Shown here: positions 1 to 13,926 of the stretch, piece by piece
Position numbering within the stretch: position 1 is the first letter of the stretch
Layout: every line of letters begins with the position of its first letter
DNA from: Phoronis australis
Lineage: Eukaryota; Animalia; Phoronida
Assembly (NCBI GenBank): GCA_002633005.1
Contig: NMRA01000234.1
Coordinates: forward strand, 1-64,000
Reading direction: 5' to 3'
DNA length: 64,000 bases
Position numbers and translations under genes: made by a program
The notes under the pieces: generated by a model
The model's input: the letters and a program-made list of their open reading frames with translations, nothing else
Told to the model about the DNA's origin: nothing
Database searches by the model: none

Positions 1-190
1 TGGACCTACTTTTGGCTGAATGGATGACCAGGCCATAAAATGATAATTAGCCAAGACCAGGTAAATAATGCTGTATTGAAGAGTTAATACCTTCAGGGCA
101 ATTTTGAGAGGGTGGGCATCTGCTAGACATTGGCCTTAAGCTTAAAACTTTGTTTCTCATCCTGAGACATGTGGCTACTCTGCATTTTAG

Positions 191-406
191 GGCAGTTCGT
201 GCAGCTTTTCTGCGTGTAGACGTCACTATGACTGCTCACGTTGTACAGCTAGAGTTGGTTGTGGGTGGTGTGATGATGAACAGTCTTCTCGGCAGTGTTA
301 CCCAGGCACGCCATCTGGTATTACTGGGCGAAGACAGTCGTGCCGTGCGTGGTTCTATCACCGATGTTCAACAACTGAAAATTCTGACTGCTCACGTTTC
401 ATCAAG
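191..406 (+). CDS. Exon 1 (first visible): PSI/plexin-type Cys domain
   Basis: ttttag|...atcaag|gtttgt; GSSCSFSACRRHYDCSRCTARVGCGWCDDEQSSRQCYPG...CRAWFYHRC contains the C-x2-C...CGWC PSI signature. Confidence 0.85.
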
Positions 407-817
407 GTTTGTTACTCAAGCATGGAGACTGAATTTCAAGTGCTTAAAAACTCACAATTAAGAGATGAAGACCAAATTTCAACTGCTTTTCTTCTGAAAT
501 TAATTCAGAGTGCTGTTCAGTTTTGGAAATTAGAATTTCAACTACCGTACAGCTATTGTTCAACTGCTGCTGTTGATTAGCAAGCTGCCAGTTTTCACTC
601 AGTTGAAATCTAATTGAACAGTCACCCTACAGCTGTAGGAAAATTATAGTGCAACTGTAAAATAACTAAAACCAAAGTTGCAGTTTGGTGTGGGCTTTGC
701 CATATAGTACATCATTTGACTGGCATGTATCAGGGCTCTGTGTTGCTACATCACATCATTTGCAAGTTCAATTTGTGTTTCTCCAATGTAATTTCTTCTG
801 GATTTTGTTTTGTTTAG

Positions 818-916
818 TCTTGGCAATGCAAGTCTCAATACTGCAATACTGGCAAGTTTAAAGACAGTGAGAAGTGCCAGGCGTGCAACGACTATGAGAA
901 CTGTTTCTCGCTGATG
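818..916 (+). CDS. Exon 2, Cys-rich
   Basis: tgtttag|...ctgatg|gtgag; SWQCKSQYCNTGKFKDSEKCQACNDYENCFSLM, phase 0-0. Confidence 0.8.
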
Positions 917-1272
917 GTGAGCACTTCAGACATAGTTCTTGTTTTACTAAATGAAGCAGGACTATGTTAAAGAAGGCATGTTAATGAGCAGTTTTTATTC
1001 AAAGAAATTGGAATTTTCTGTGGACTAATGTAGAAAATGGTGATCATTCAGTGTGCCCCTGTTAATTTTGAATGCGAGTTTATGTCTAGGGTTGTTTCCG
1101 TGACAACCATCTGATTAGTATGTTATTATTTTTTGTCACTGCAAATGTCCTTTGCATTCACCATTATTATGGTGGTTTATAGTCTATAGTGAAACGAGTC
1201 CTGTAAATATCTTTGAATGTCTTGGAATGATGTGTTATGTGCATGCACTGCTTACCTGTTCTATTTATTTAG

Positions 1273-1564
1273 AATAATAATACGTGTCACACATGGAATG
1301 AGACCAGATGTCCTGGAGGTGTCGTGGCTGTGAACTATGCCAATCCAGAGCGCATATTGCAGTCGAAAGTCCGCAGCAATGTCAAAATATTTTCACCAAA
1401 TGAAACCACATTCTATAGCTGCCCTGTACTATTTGGTGCCAGTGTGCTTGACGACTCTTCTTTGATCGTCGCTTCGTCTGATCTTGACCTGAATGTTGGA
1501 GACATCGTCTCTAGTGCACAGAGTGGCGGAATCTCTCATACAATTCATGCGAAAAAGACGTTCG
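1273..1564 (+). CDS. Exon 3
   Basis: tttag|aat...ttcg|gtaagt; NNNTCHTWNETRCPGGVVAVNYANPER...HAKKTF, phase 0-1. Confidence 0.85.
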
Positions 1565-2561
1565 GTAAGTTGTGTGTAAAATGGCATACAAGAAGATAAC
1601 TTGCAAAGGAATATCTCTTCTTATTTGTGCTAGTACCTGTAGTGCCGAATTTTGTGTTTGCTTGTTAGATTTAATATTAAAAGATGTTTTGGAATTGTGC
1701 TCGGAATAGGACACGCAGGGAGTGTTCTGTACCTTTACTACATTGGATCACAGTTGTTCTACTGCCAATAATTAAAACCATTAGGAGACAGGTTAGTCAC
1801 ATAAACATAACATGTTCATGTAAATAATGTAATGCATTTGGTAGTTGTTCTAAATATTTAAAAATCATGACATCAACGTTATTAAACATTTTGTGCTAAA
1901 CTTAGTCTCTTTCTTTATTCTATTGTGGTAAAAGAATATCGTGGCCAGTCTGTCGTCCATCGTTGCCTTAAACACCTCAGGACTGCTCTTGATTTTTCTT
2001 AGCTTTGTGGCCGGGATGCACCAGTAAAAGTTGATTACTAGATGAATTCAGCTGCCTTGGTGCCCACTGTTGGCCATTCTAGTTCTTGAAATTAAGGTGA
2101 AGAATTTCGGCAAAACAGTCTGCACACAGATATTTGGCTGGAATGCACTGCCGTCAATCCATCTTCAATCACATTTGACTACAGTTGCATTCTCTGTTGG
2201 CTATTTATGTTTTCTGCAAGAGTTTCCTTGTCTGTCGATTACTGTTGAGATGGCTTGCAGATTTTGATAGGTCTTGACTTTATGTTATGGGTATGCTTGG
2301 GCACCAGATGGTCTTTAGATGGATTGGATTACTGTGGCACCCTCTGTTGACCATTTTAGTTTAGCTTTTCTGCTCATTGACAAAATGGCTATGCAGTTAT
2401 CTTAAAGAATATGACCAATATTTGGATTAGTGAGGCTTGTAAGCTATTTAGAAGGCAATGTGGTAGTGAGATTCTTTATCAGATATTTTAACTGACAGTG
2501 TGTTCTGTCATTAGTGAACTAGACAAAGCTTAAAGTAGTTTATTCCTTTTCTGTGTTGCAG

Positions 2562-2753
2562 CCCCATACGTGTTCATTCGAGCCAGTCCAGCTAAGCTTG
2601 AAGACGTTATCAGTTATGCTGACTTCAGAAACGACATAGATCTTATTCCCTTGGATGACGAGCAGATAGCAGAGGATGTTCCAGATGATCAGTTTCTTGA
2701 GGATGTATTGACCCAAAATATCTCTCTACCTAACCTGCACATAGTGAAATCTG
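2562..2753 (+). CDS. Exon 4
   Basis: ttgcag|...tctg|gtaggt; PYVFIRASPAKLEDVISYADF...LHIVKS, phase 1-1. Confidence 0.85.
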
Positions 2754-2779
2754 GTAGGTTCACTCTTGTAAATGTAATG

Positions 2780-3650
2780 GATGGGCACACACAATGTGTG
2801 CGCGCATTATGCCGTCATATCTGTCTGTCTGTACATCCATCCCGTGTCCGCTGCTTTATCTCCAAAGTCCTTTGATGTGTGTTCATGAAATTTTGCAGCT
2901 ATGTTCCATTCATGGACTTTTGAACAGATCCGACTACCGGTTTTCCCCTATTGGCAATTTTAGGTTTTTTCGATTGCCTCTGTTTCTTCGTTAACTTTTT
3001 CCTTACAGATTTTCATGAAATTTTGCTTACGCGTACCAATTAGAAAAACCACTTTTACTTTTTCAAATAGATTCAACGTATTTTGCACCAACTAGTGATC
3101 ATTTTTACTGTTTTTTAGTCTGTTTTTTGCTGTCTGACCCTCTATAGGCCAAACCATTGTAAGAGTGATTCTGAAAATTGACAATATTCCTACTGGGAAG
3201 AGGACAACTTAGAATGATGTTCGGGTGACTCTGACTACAGTGGCTCCTCCATGTGGCAGCTTTGTTTTTTGAGTCCACAGCTTTATCTCCTAAACCCTCT
3301 GCAGGATGTTTGTTAAATTTGGCAAGTGTATTTATGTGACAGCAGGTGATGACGACTTTTGAACAGAGCCAACAACTGCTGTGTTCCCTGCAGGCAATTT
3401 TATTTTTTTCCATTTTCCTCTGTATGTTTGGAGTTCCTTGGTGGATTTTTTATAAAATTTGGCACATAGGTTTCAATCTGTTAATGAGGTGATGACACCT
3501 TTTTATTTTCAGATTGAATTTGAGATAGTGTGTGCCTCCTAGTGGCTGTTTTTATTATGTTTTAGTCTATCGGCCAAACTACTCTAAGAATGGGTAATAT
3601 GAAAATTGGTAAACATGGATAACACATTAAGAATTATTTCCATTATGAAC
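2780..3650 (+). mobile_element. Degenerate HINE-family copy
   Basis: gcgcattatgccgtcatatctgtctgtctg, gatccgactaccgg and cctcctagtggc are shared with the 37.2-kb element. Confidence 0.7.
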
Positions 3651-3986
3651 TGCCAACACTAAAACCATCAATGTCCCATTCTTTAGAATCAAGAGTATTA
3701 AATTTTGGCTTGAATTTCAGTGGAAAGAGGTCCTGGTCAGGGCTTCTTTCTCTTGTATATGTTTTATTTATTTTATTTAATGCAATTACCTTGTCATTGT
3801 AAAACACTGCTTTCTATAAGGGCTCTTCAGATTAACAAAGTTAATGTGAAATACAGGATGTTGTTAGGCCTGTGGTGACAGAAACATGAACATGATTATC
3901 TCTTTGTGTCCTGTGTGACCTGAAAAGAATTCATGGGCCATAAACCAGCAGTTGGAAATTCAGCAAAACCAAGTGTCATCTAGGTC

Positions 3987-4375
3987 AACTGCTATTTGTC
4001 TAATCACAACTATTATTTGTCTACCTGCAACTGTTATTTGTCTACCCACAACTGTTATTTGTCTACCCGCATCTGTGATTTGTCTACCTACAACTGTTAT
4101 TTGTCTACCCACAGCTGTGAGTTGTCTACCCACAACTATTATTTGTCTACCCGCAACTGTTATTTGTCTACCCACAACTGTTATTTGTCTACCCACAACT
4201 GTGACTTGTCTACCCACAACTGTGATTTGTCTACCCACAGCTGTTATTTGTCTACCCACAACTGTTATTTGTCTACCCACAACTGTTATTTGTCTACCCA
4301 CAACTGTAATTTGTCTACCCACACCTGTTAATTGTCTACCTACAACTATGATTTGTCTGCCCACGACTGTTAGTT
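3987..4375. repeat. 21-bp minisatellite, ~18 copies (actgttatttgtctacccaca)
   Basis: direct tandem repeat; explains the repetitive ORFs in several frames. Confidence 0.95.
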
Positions 4376-6634
4376 AAGTGAAGCAACAGTCAGAATGGCC
4401 TATTTTGAGAACTACTGTGGATTAGTTTAACCCATCTACATGTGTTTACCCTCTTATATATGTAACCATGAGTTTGAAGTCTGGAACCACAATTACTGCA
4501 AAATGATTTGAAACTTTTTCAGGATGGAGTCACAGGGATGGTTGCTGGTTGTGTAATACACGTCTTGTAACTCTGCACTGAAGTTTCAAAAAGAGGGCAA
4601 AACTAATTATTATTCTCTAAACTGTTAGAAGTATTGCACGATTTTGTCTTCTTGCTTCATGAAAAGATTACAAGTATTTTATGAGACAGAACTTAACACT
4701 TTCATAGGAGGGTTAGTTTGAGGTTTCTGTGTATCTTTTTGTCCTTGCACAATTTCATGTCACTCTCATTCAAATGTCCAGCATTATGGTGTGTACATTA
4801 CATTGTGAGGGTGGATATTTCCTTCAGTGGAAATAGCTTGATTATTTTTCATTTGTCAGAAACTAGAATTGTCAACAAGATGTTCACAGCCACACACGTC
4901 CACTCACACCCAAATATTGTTTTCTGTCCAATCATCAATCACACTCAAATATTTATTGAACAGCTGACCCCTTTCTTCCAATTGATAACAACTGACCTGT
5001 GTTTTAATCCCACCCAAAACATGACAACAACTGACCCATTTTAGTCCCACCCAATACATAATAAGTGAAGTGTGTTCAGTCCCACCTGAAATGTGTGAAT
5101 AATTGACACATTAAATTTACGACTCAAGTTACTCCTTTACAGTGATCACAGCTCACTCTATTGTGACATTACCTTACAAGGTTAAGAGTCTTGATAACAT
5201 CAGCAGATGGACGAATTCTGAAACCCCTTAAAGCGACATTAAATCTGTTTTTTCTGCCGAAACAAGTTTTGATTTAGACCTCTTGTTCCTTGTTCTGTTT
5301 AGAACTGATCTGTGGTGTGTCATTTCTTCAGACCAATATGATGTATTCAGTCCATTTGATGCTGGGCTATCATTAGTGTCCACATGACCAATGAACCAAT
5401 TACCAAATTGTAACCGGCTGAGGTGAAATAAATTGTTCAGATAAGCAGAGTACTACCGTAGTGATTTTAGGTCTGTTGCCCTTGCCTTAGTTTGTTTGAA
5501 GTATTGTTCTTGAGCTAATTTAACAGTAGGAAATTCTTCAAAACAACGCAACTTTTATTCAGATGACGGTGAAAAGACTGCTTTATTCTCTTCCACAAAA
5601 ATTATACTAATGTAACATTAATTTGTCTATAACTAGATGGTTTTTTAGTTTTGATATGTATCTGCTATTGGATTTACTTCGTAATTTGTCACATGACAAA
5701 AGCACCCCATTGGTGATAAAACTATAATATTTGGCATGCCACTCAAGAAGAATTTAAGGTACTGTAGATTCATAGGCAAAAAAACAAAAAATAAAATATT
5801 TTGGAGACTGAATTCTACCACAAAATCATGGTAGCCAAGAGTGGCAGCACATGATGCGCAAGTCTTTGTGGTACCCAACTCGCAGGTAGTTAGTTATCGA
5901 ATCACTAATTTAATTACAATCTGTTGCCCACCTCCACCAATTTTCCTTTCTAATGCATCACTGCACCTTCCAAGTCTGTCAACCGCTTATATTTTATGTT
6001 TGATTTTAAAGGCCGTGATAATGATACCGAGTCCTTCTTTACCATTTACTTGTGCTGACGGTGGTTCAAAAATGGAAGTGTCCCAGTGAGCATGAACTGG
6101 ACCAAATAAAAAGGCACATGTGCAACCTCTTTCAAGAAATGAACCATGTCTAACTACAATGAAAAAGTAATTGCAGGCACGTTTTACCAGATGTAGGCAG
6201 GCCACTCAGGTGGGCCTATTGCACTGATCACCTGAAACCATTTTTATATTTGATTTATATATAGATAAAACTGAACTGAGGAGCCAGAGACCTGACTCAA
6301 GGGTTTAGCAGTGTGACCCACTGCCTCCTCTAAAGCTTAGTATTCTATTTTAGTTTATACCTATGGTTTTACTGAGTAGATTTTAAAAATTCAAAGACGA
6401 TAATAATTTTTTGGACGGATAATGCAAGTTTGTCATATAAAAACTAAACATCTCCGCCAAGATAACATCACTCATTTGTATGCCAAAGCATTCACAGTTA
6501 CCTTGTTTTTCGTATCTTGTTTTACATTCAGATAATTTCTATGAGTTGTCTTGGCTTTTATTGTTTCTGTTCTGGGCTCATTGCTTCATAATGTTTGCGC
6601 TGGTCCAATTACCTCATAGTGTTTGCTCTTTCAG

Positions 6635-6881
6635 ATGTGCCTGTGTACAAATGCGTTGGTCATGGATATGAGCAGGACACTCAGGGTAACATAGACTACA
6701 GTTTCTACATTGTTATGGCTGCCAACAGTGAAACCAGAAAGATCACTAACGGGACCATCCTTGCTGGCAATGGAAGCAGAGGTTTCCTGGAAACTGTTAC
6801 TAGGGTGCAAGCCTTGGATATTGGGGTTGTCGTTGAAACTGAGATGACCGAGTGTACTGATGATTCCTCATGGACTCCCCA
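6635..6881 (+). CDS. Exon 5
   Basis: tttcag|...ccca|gtaagg; VPVYKCVGHGY...GFLETVTRV...ECTDDSSWTP, phase 1-2. Confidence 0.85.
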
Positions 6882-7577
6882 GTAAGGAATATAACAAAGG
6901 CGTGTTCTCTAATCTTATATACTCATGAGTGAAGTTGGTGAGATGATCGTCTGCTTTCCTTGATCGTTTACTTTCCTCGTAGTGCTCACGCAGTGATGTC
7001 TTGGAAAACTTGTATGATATTACCAAACTCGCACAAAACTGCTGTATAGACCTGCCAAATTATGCGTTTATTAAGAACTTTGTGAGCTGTAACCATCACT
7101 TTATTATTATGATATTATTATGATTATTTTGAACTTGTTTAAAAAATTAGATGACCACTTCAGTGAATACACTGATTTTCAAGTGGGCCCAGTTGGAAAT
7201 AATTACACGAAGTAAAATACAGACAACTATGTACAATTAGATTGAAAAGATTAATAAATAAATTAGCATAAAAATTAGTTAATATGCACAATTAGATGTA
7301 TAAATGAGATAAAATAGAGTAATAATAATGATGTGCTGAGGCCTGCAGTCCCGAATTAAGCACAAAGTCCCAGTAATTCTGTTTCAACACGTGGACATTG
7401 GGTGCGTTCGCTACGGCAGTCCCCAGCACCTCTGTATGTGAATGTTACATCTGGTGTGTAAAAACATTTGATTAAAGACCCTTTTCCTTAAAGTTTTTGA
7501 GATTGTGGAAACATAGTTTCTTGGAGAATCCAGTTGTATTTTGGCACACTTTCAAGCAATCTGATATCTGTTTATAG

Positions 7578-7719
7578 GTTAAGAATGTCTCAAACCCAGG
7601 ATTTCACCTGTACGGGCGGGACTGGTCGGAAAGGTCTTAATTTCTACAATGCGAATGGCAATGTTGTAACGACAGGCTCTGTTGTGCCTGGGAGGAAGTC
7701 CAGAGGTTTTGTAGCTCAG
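7578..7719 (+). CDS. Exon 6
   Basis: tttatag|...gctcag|gtaaag; LRMSQTQDFTCTGG...SRGFVAQ, phase 2-0. Confidence 0.85.
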
Positions 7720-9306
7720 GTAAAGTTAAATATGTATTTGTTTGAAGTGATGCCTCCAAGTATTTTCTTTGACATGTTACAGTGGCGTGATATTACATGA
7801 TCTCGCTAAAATATTTGAAGTCTACATTCAATGACACTTGGCTTCTTCAAGTCTTCATTCAAGACAGTGGTACTGTCTTTGTGTGAACTGGGAACTATGA
7901 ATTGAAAACCATAGTCGCGTTTTCTCCTGAGGACAAATGAGCCACGAAATCAGTTTCGATCATGATTGTGCCTCATTCAATTACAAAAGTCTGGATCTTC
8001 GAGTTTTCCTAGCCATCGTATCCTGCTGAAAGACTTGCTTCTTCTCAAGCCAAGTTCCAGACTTCTTCCCTCGCTCACCTGCTCTGATGAATGGATGTGT
8101 TGGCTACTTGCCCTGGACTGAGTTGCTCTTGTCTTTTGCTCACCATTTATGACGTCTGCAAGGGTCTTGAGTACTTGGTCGTTGCAAATGCGTTTCTGTA
8201 ATATCCACTGTTGTGAGTCTGTCATTCTCCCATCCTCTTGGAAGACTGGGGGTATGCTTCATTTTGGTTTGACATAGCTTGAGTATAAGTGCTCCTGTAA
8301 ACGGAGATACAGGCCAAGATACTGGCCCAGCCTGTCCCATACCAGTCTTTCCTAGATGTCATCTGTCTCTCCAGCGTCACTGGTCTTCCCCAGTTGCCAT
8401 GCAGTCTTGAAATGTTGTACTTTCAGCGATGTCATCTGCCTCAATAGTTGTCAGGATTCTATGCAGTCTGATATCTTGTAGCCCTTTCTTCGTAACCGCT
8501 GACTGAGGGTCCACATTCGTATGTCGTACACTGTCTAGTTGGAGGCGTAGATTGATGTCGTCAGATGGCGTCCAGCTTCATCAACTCAAAAGTTGATTTC
8601 TTCTCAAGAAACCCTAAACTCGAGTCCATATGCATACATTATTGCTGAATTAAAAAACTGCTTTTGGAAAACTTTCCAGAACAAAGCATGTCAGATTAGT
8701 GCAATATTAACAGAGGTTCACAAAGTCAAAAAACAACTTTTGAATTTGACATCTGAACTTTATGAAATTGGTCTCAAATTGTAGCTTAGTCTAACTGGAC
8801 ATGAATCCGGTGGTTAGAGGTAACTGATCAGGCTCTTCAAGTTGGCTTGTCACTTGATGCACCGAGCATCGGCTCAATGAATAACAGACTGCCAGTTATC
8901 AAAAATCACTTCTCATCATAGTAAAGATCAATTTGAAACCTATTACCAAGTGATAACCGGTCTAAATCAAAAGTTCTCTTCTTGGGTTTGTAGCCACTTT
9001 GAAATTAAAGTACGCGTACAAAAACCTCACTGTATGAATGGTTAATGTGTGTTATTTATCTTGCAGACTGTCAAAATCTTGAATAAGCACTCCCCATTGT
9101 GTCTGCTTTTAGCTTTATTGGTTGTGTTGGGTTTTTGGAGCTAGCAATGGCAGTTTGTAAAGGACACGATTTTCACGCAGTTTCTTTATTGATGGTTCAA
9201 ATCGTAAAATACAACAGAAAGCCATACATTCAATGCAATTTCTAAAAGAGGAAGTCCTGGTACAGATCACCATGACTGTACTTATTAAGCTCTCAATCTT
9301 ATCTTC

Positions 9307-9540
9307 ACTGGTTCCTAAGTGCCTCCTAATGACTAGTTAATTTTTTAGTCAATCCAATCTGAACTGGTTCCTAAGTGCCTCCTAATGACTAGTTAATCTT
9401 TTAGTCAATCCAATCTGAACTGGTTCCTAAGTGCCTCCTAATGACTAGTTAATCTTTTAGTCAATCCAATCTGAACTGGTTCCTGAGTGCCTCCTAATGA
9501 CTAGTTAATCTTTTAGTCAATCCAATCTGAACTGGTTCCT
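9307..9540. repeat. 56-bp tandem repeat, ~4.2 copies
   Basis: actggttcctaagtgcctcctaatgactagttaatcttttagtcaatccaatctga at 9307, 9363, 9419, 9475 and partly 9531. Confidence 0.95.
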
Positions 9541-10286
9541 GTAGGTACAACTTCTTGATTGTACTTTACTTTGTAATCCATCAATTTCCCCTCCTTTGGT
9601 TCCTGGGTACATCATCATTTTTCACCAGTTAAAACTTTTACATCAGATTTAATCCATTAATGCCTTAAACTAAAGACAAACGAGCCATTCATTCCTCCAA
9701 CTCATCCAAAATCATTTAGGGAGATACTGAACGTGAATGTTAAGAATCTAACTTGCATTTCATCAAGGATCATAAATCAAGATTCAAGAACGTCTATTGA
9801 CTGAGCGTATTTGATTGACTCCCACACACTAGTCATGTTACTAGCATGAGAAACTTTCATTTTAAAATCCTTGGTTGTATTTATGCTTTGAAATACCAAA
9901 TTTCAGCCGAGTCAGCTTTCATTTCATCATGCATTCAGATAAATTTGTACCTTAATTGATCAGATCATAACTCTCTAACTGAGGCTCTAGCAGCGAGAAT
10001 GCTTCTAAAAAGTACTTTGGTCCATTTGCTGACTTGAGCTGAGTAGATATGTATGCATCACCTTCACAGACACTGGCATACACTGGCATACTCTTCTTAC
10101 ACAGAACGTCAGTGCTTTCTTCCCTAGTGGACACCCTTGCTCTTCAATAATAGGCTAAAAATAGTATGACTACTAAGTTTGAGTATTAATTCACTAGTTG
10201 AATTGTCCCCATGTTGACAAGTCTCTATGTCCCAATTTCCAGCCACAATCAGCTTATCAATATATGTATTATTTGATTTTCATTAG

Positions 10287-10642
10287 GTTGCTAAAGTGAC
10301 TGAAAAGGCCGGATACTTGTTTATTGAAGCCATTTCCGTGAGTGACGTTGACGAGGATGGTAACATCACCACTTCACTGGATCTCACCTCCATCAGCAAA
10401 GAGCGCCGAGTGAGGCGCAAAGCTGGTATAGTCGAACGTATACGTAACTTCTTCAGAAAGAACTTCAAGCCCAAACTGTCCGGAAAAGTCACAGCTACGA
10501 CAACCGTTCGTGTGACCTTTGAACCTAAGGTGAAGCTGAAGCTGCGAATAAGCGCAAGCAAACCATATGTACATGAGGTGGGCGTAGGGTTCAGTGGGAA
10601 ACTTGAGGGATTTGTGGAACAGAGAATCGACTTCCAAGGAAG
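10287..10642 (+). CDS. Exon 7, contains RRVRR furin-type site
   Basis: cattag|...ggaag|gtttgt; VAKVTEKAGYLFIE...KERRVRRKAGIVERIRNFFRK...IDFQG, phase 0-2. Confidence 0.85.
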
Positions 10643-11832
10643 GTTTGTGAGATTTTCTTTGTGGCACTTACCGTAGCAAGTCTCCAGTGAACAAAAAATG
10701 TTTATTTCACCTCATCATGCTTACATTTCAGTTCAGTTACACGTGATAAGTCAAAGGAAGGAAATACACCCTTCTCCAAAGCTTGTGGCTAGCGTAACAA
10801 AGGCGCACTGAGACGCAACAAAGACATTAGCATATTAGGATAAATGAAGAATAACAACTAAATAAGCATAACAATAAACATACAGTTACTAACATCCCAT
10901 CACAGTAGTCATTTTAATGCTGTATTCAGTTAATTGCATTTTGCTTATCAAAATTCTCTTTTTAGTCACACATGTTGAGTTCTAAACCCACCGCTTAATT
11001 TCTACAGTTGATTTCTTTTGTTCTTTACAAATGGCCAGGTCTGTGAACGTCAGTACAAACACTATAAACGACTTGCAACTGACAAACAGTACTAAGTGTG
11101 TATATTTTCTGCCCGACTTTGAATTTAGCTTTTTGACGAGGGTTGGTGGGTGGCACTTGTGTGTGTAAACGCAGTATATTATAATTATGTAATTATGACT
11201 CATTTGGCAAGCCATGCCTTTTCAAAACCTGAACTCGCTTATGTTTTTCGAAAATTGCGAGATGGCTGAAATTGATGCAAACAGACACTTTTTTCTTTAC
11301 ATATTGAAGCACAAGTTTCAAAATGAGTCCAGTACATACCAAAACAGGAGAACTAACTATGCTTGTTTGTTTTCATTTTGCCTGGATGATCTATGAGAAG
11401 AAAACTGCTCTGCAAAAGTTTTTGAGGCATTGCAATTCTGAGGAACAGGAACGCCATCTTGTGGTTGATGGTCATAACAACAGCATCAGGTTACTCTGTT
11501 GCTGTTGTCACCTGTGGAGATCATGGAATCTTGTCTTGGATAAATTACTGAGACTTACATGCGCCTGGGTGGCCAGGTCCAGTTGACTGTCAGTTTGCAT
11601 TAGATAGTTATTTCTAAAACTATACTAGGCATTATTAGAATTTCTGTGGCCTATATGAGTTGTATTTTTGGTTTGTGATATTTGTATGAAATTGTTTTCA
11701 TCTCTCAGTACAAAATTTCTTACAAAAACGTTGTGAGCTGCACACGTAATTCTAATTTATAATGTCAAGCCAGTAGATATCGAGATTTTTTCCAAGGTCT
11801 GGATGCTAACTATTCGTTTATTTCCTCAACAG

Positions 11833-11989
11833 TTTCAGTGCTTCGGGACCAAAGGAATCTCGATACAGTCACCCAATCAACAATAAACAGATTGGTACAT
11901 TTGCTTTACCAATATGGCCGTATCCTCTGCTGACGCTGCCGGGCAGATTTCTATTTGACGTCACCTTCAAAGTAACAGCAAAGGCCGAT
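11833..11989 (+). CDS. Exon 8
   Basis: caacag|...gccgat|gtaagc; FSASGPKESRYSHPINNKQIGTFALPIWPYPLLTLPGRFLFDVTFKVTAKAD, phase 2-0. Confidence 0.8.
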
Positions 11990-13827
11990 GTAAGCTCATT
12001 GCCGTATGCACAGTTTGTGAAACACTGTTTTACACCTAATAGCTGTGTTCTCGCATACAACTGTGTCTATAGTAGTGCTGCCATGTATTTTAGAAACCCA
12101 CAACAGTTTGTAGGAATCTTTTTACAGGAATTATTTACAGTAATCTGTTATTTTCTCATACAACCAAGAATCCCAATAAGTTCTGTAGCTGGTATGGGTT
12201 AAGGCTTTGAAGATGCCCTCTTTAGACATCTGACAGTGATTTTAATGTTCTGTTTATGAATTGGATAATTAAGCCTCAGTTCGTTGCCAGCAGTGGTGCC
12301 ATTAGTCCACAGCAGTCTAGCTTGAGATTTTAATTATTATAGATAAACGTCAGCTCATGAATAAATTTTCCTGAAATCAATCCTGCGAAATTTGATAGAA
12401 CTCGAAATCCTCTTCCAGTTTATGTCCTAATGCAAAATTTTTCCTTGTAAAATTCGTCTGAAAAATCACAGAATGTATTTATTTTAGGCAATTTTCACAT
12501 TGGAGTGGCATTATTGTTGATTTATTATATTTCTGTGAGAATCTATGTTTAGATTTAAATGATTGCAGCTACACACCAAGTCGCATTGGGTTTGCCTGGC
12601 AAAAATCCCAGGTCGCCAAATGAAATGAGATCGCCACACCTGAAATCAAAATCATCGCGTTCAAAAATTTTGCCGACTAAAAAAAGGTTGCACTGCTGTA
12701 ATGGCATGCATTTTCCTTTCGCTTCTCTAATTTCCCCGAATTCTACATACCCTCAGTCTCTAACTCTTATCCCTCCCACCGGTTACCGGCGTATGAGCAA
12801 AGGACAACGCTGACTACCGCTTGGCTTAGTGGTGTGAATTTCACTGATCTTGCCCGATTTCTGCCCGACAATTACAAGTTCTCTCTGTTTTTACTTAGTG
12901 TTGTTATTTAAACGTGGTGGCAAGTGCATTAAATTCAAGAAATAGAACAGTTGTGAATCGAAGGTAATAAATCTCTGAAAACTGTTTGTAATTTCAACTT
13001 AGGAAGTCAACACGAACCTTGAAACAAATTTAGAGGGAAACATTGTCCGACTTTGATACTCGCAGTGGTGACCTTGGGGCTCCTTGGAATTTTTCCCTGG
13101 TCACCAAACACATACTGAGGTCACATTGGCGACCTGCAGGTGGCCAAATCGAGCTCTGGATTGTTTGGTTCAATGAAAATCATTATTGATATTGAATTGT
13201 ATAGTACATGGTTCTATGAGAATGAATATTAAAATTTAAATGTGATATTACACTGTTCTATGAAAATCCAACTTAATTGTGTTATTACGTGGTTCGATGA
13301 TAATCCATTATTTAAATTTTGTTGCATTCTTACATGGTTCTCACTCATTGAGAAAATCTGGAAAATGGCAATATTTCCCATTAATGTATAACTCATGGAA
13401 AATGAAGACAGCTGATAAACTCACACACAGCGAAAATTTCAATAGAATCTTCATTTTGCATGTTATATCACTTAGTCTAGTTCATGTGTTTTGCTTGTTG
13501 TTAAGAAAATAATATGAAGAATCTAATATGCTGAGTTCTGTAGACAGCAGTACATTAGCTTGCAGTACCTGTGAAAGGCAACAGAAACAATGAATTCAGT
13601 ACCACAATTCAACTTCTCTGACCAATCACTGCAAGTGGCTACTGCTTTGCTCGGATAGCCGAGTAAGCTCTCAAACATACTTATAAAACACTGATTGCTT
13701 TTCACTATCCTTTTTTTGTGAAGTTTTGCCACTAAAGTGGAATGATTGTTGTCGATTCACCTAATGATTATGTAATCTTTTATTTCTCCATCAAGATGTT
13801 GACAGTATTTATGTTTGTTTTTATCAG

Positions 13828-13926
13828 ATTAAAGGCTTCTTGTCTGGTTCCATCACTGCCACCGGCACCATGGATGTTGGTGTTACATGGAGGCCAAACT
13901 CAAACTTGGATGTGGAAGGGCCAACT
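13828..13926 (+). CDS. Exon 9
   Basis: ttatcag|...ccaact|gtaagt; IKGFLSGSITATGTMDVGVTWRPNSNLDVEGPT, phase 0-0. Confidence 0.8.

Noticed and set aside
1-60. Possible upstream exon ending at cag|gtaaat (60/61)
   Set aside because: The phase-0 frame needed to join exon 191 contains a stop (tga at 25-27).
3952-4377. 141-aa (ICLPTTV)n ORF and overlapping ORFs on both strands
   Set aside because: By-product of a 21-bp minisatellite. Exons 4 and 5 join in phase without it and it has no convincing splice sites.
9307-9540. 56-bp repeat as CRISPR array or RNA gene cluster
   Set aside because: Contiguous near-identical units without spacers; no tRNA or snRNA structure evident.
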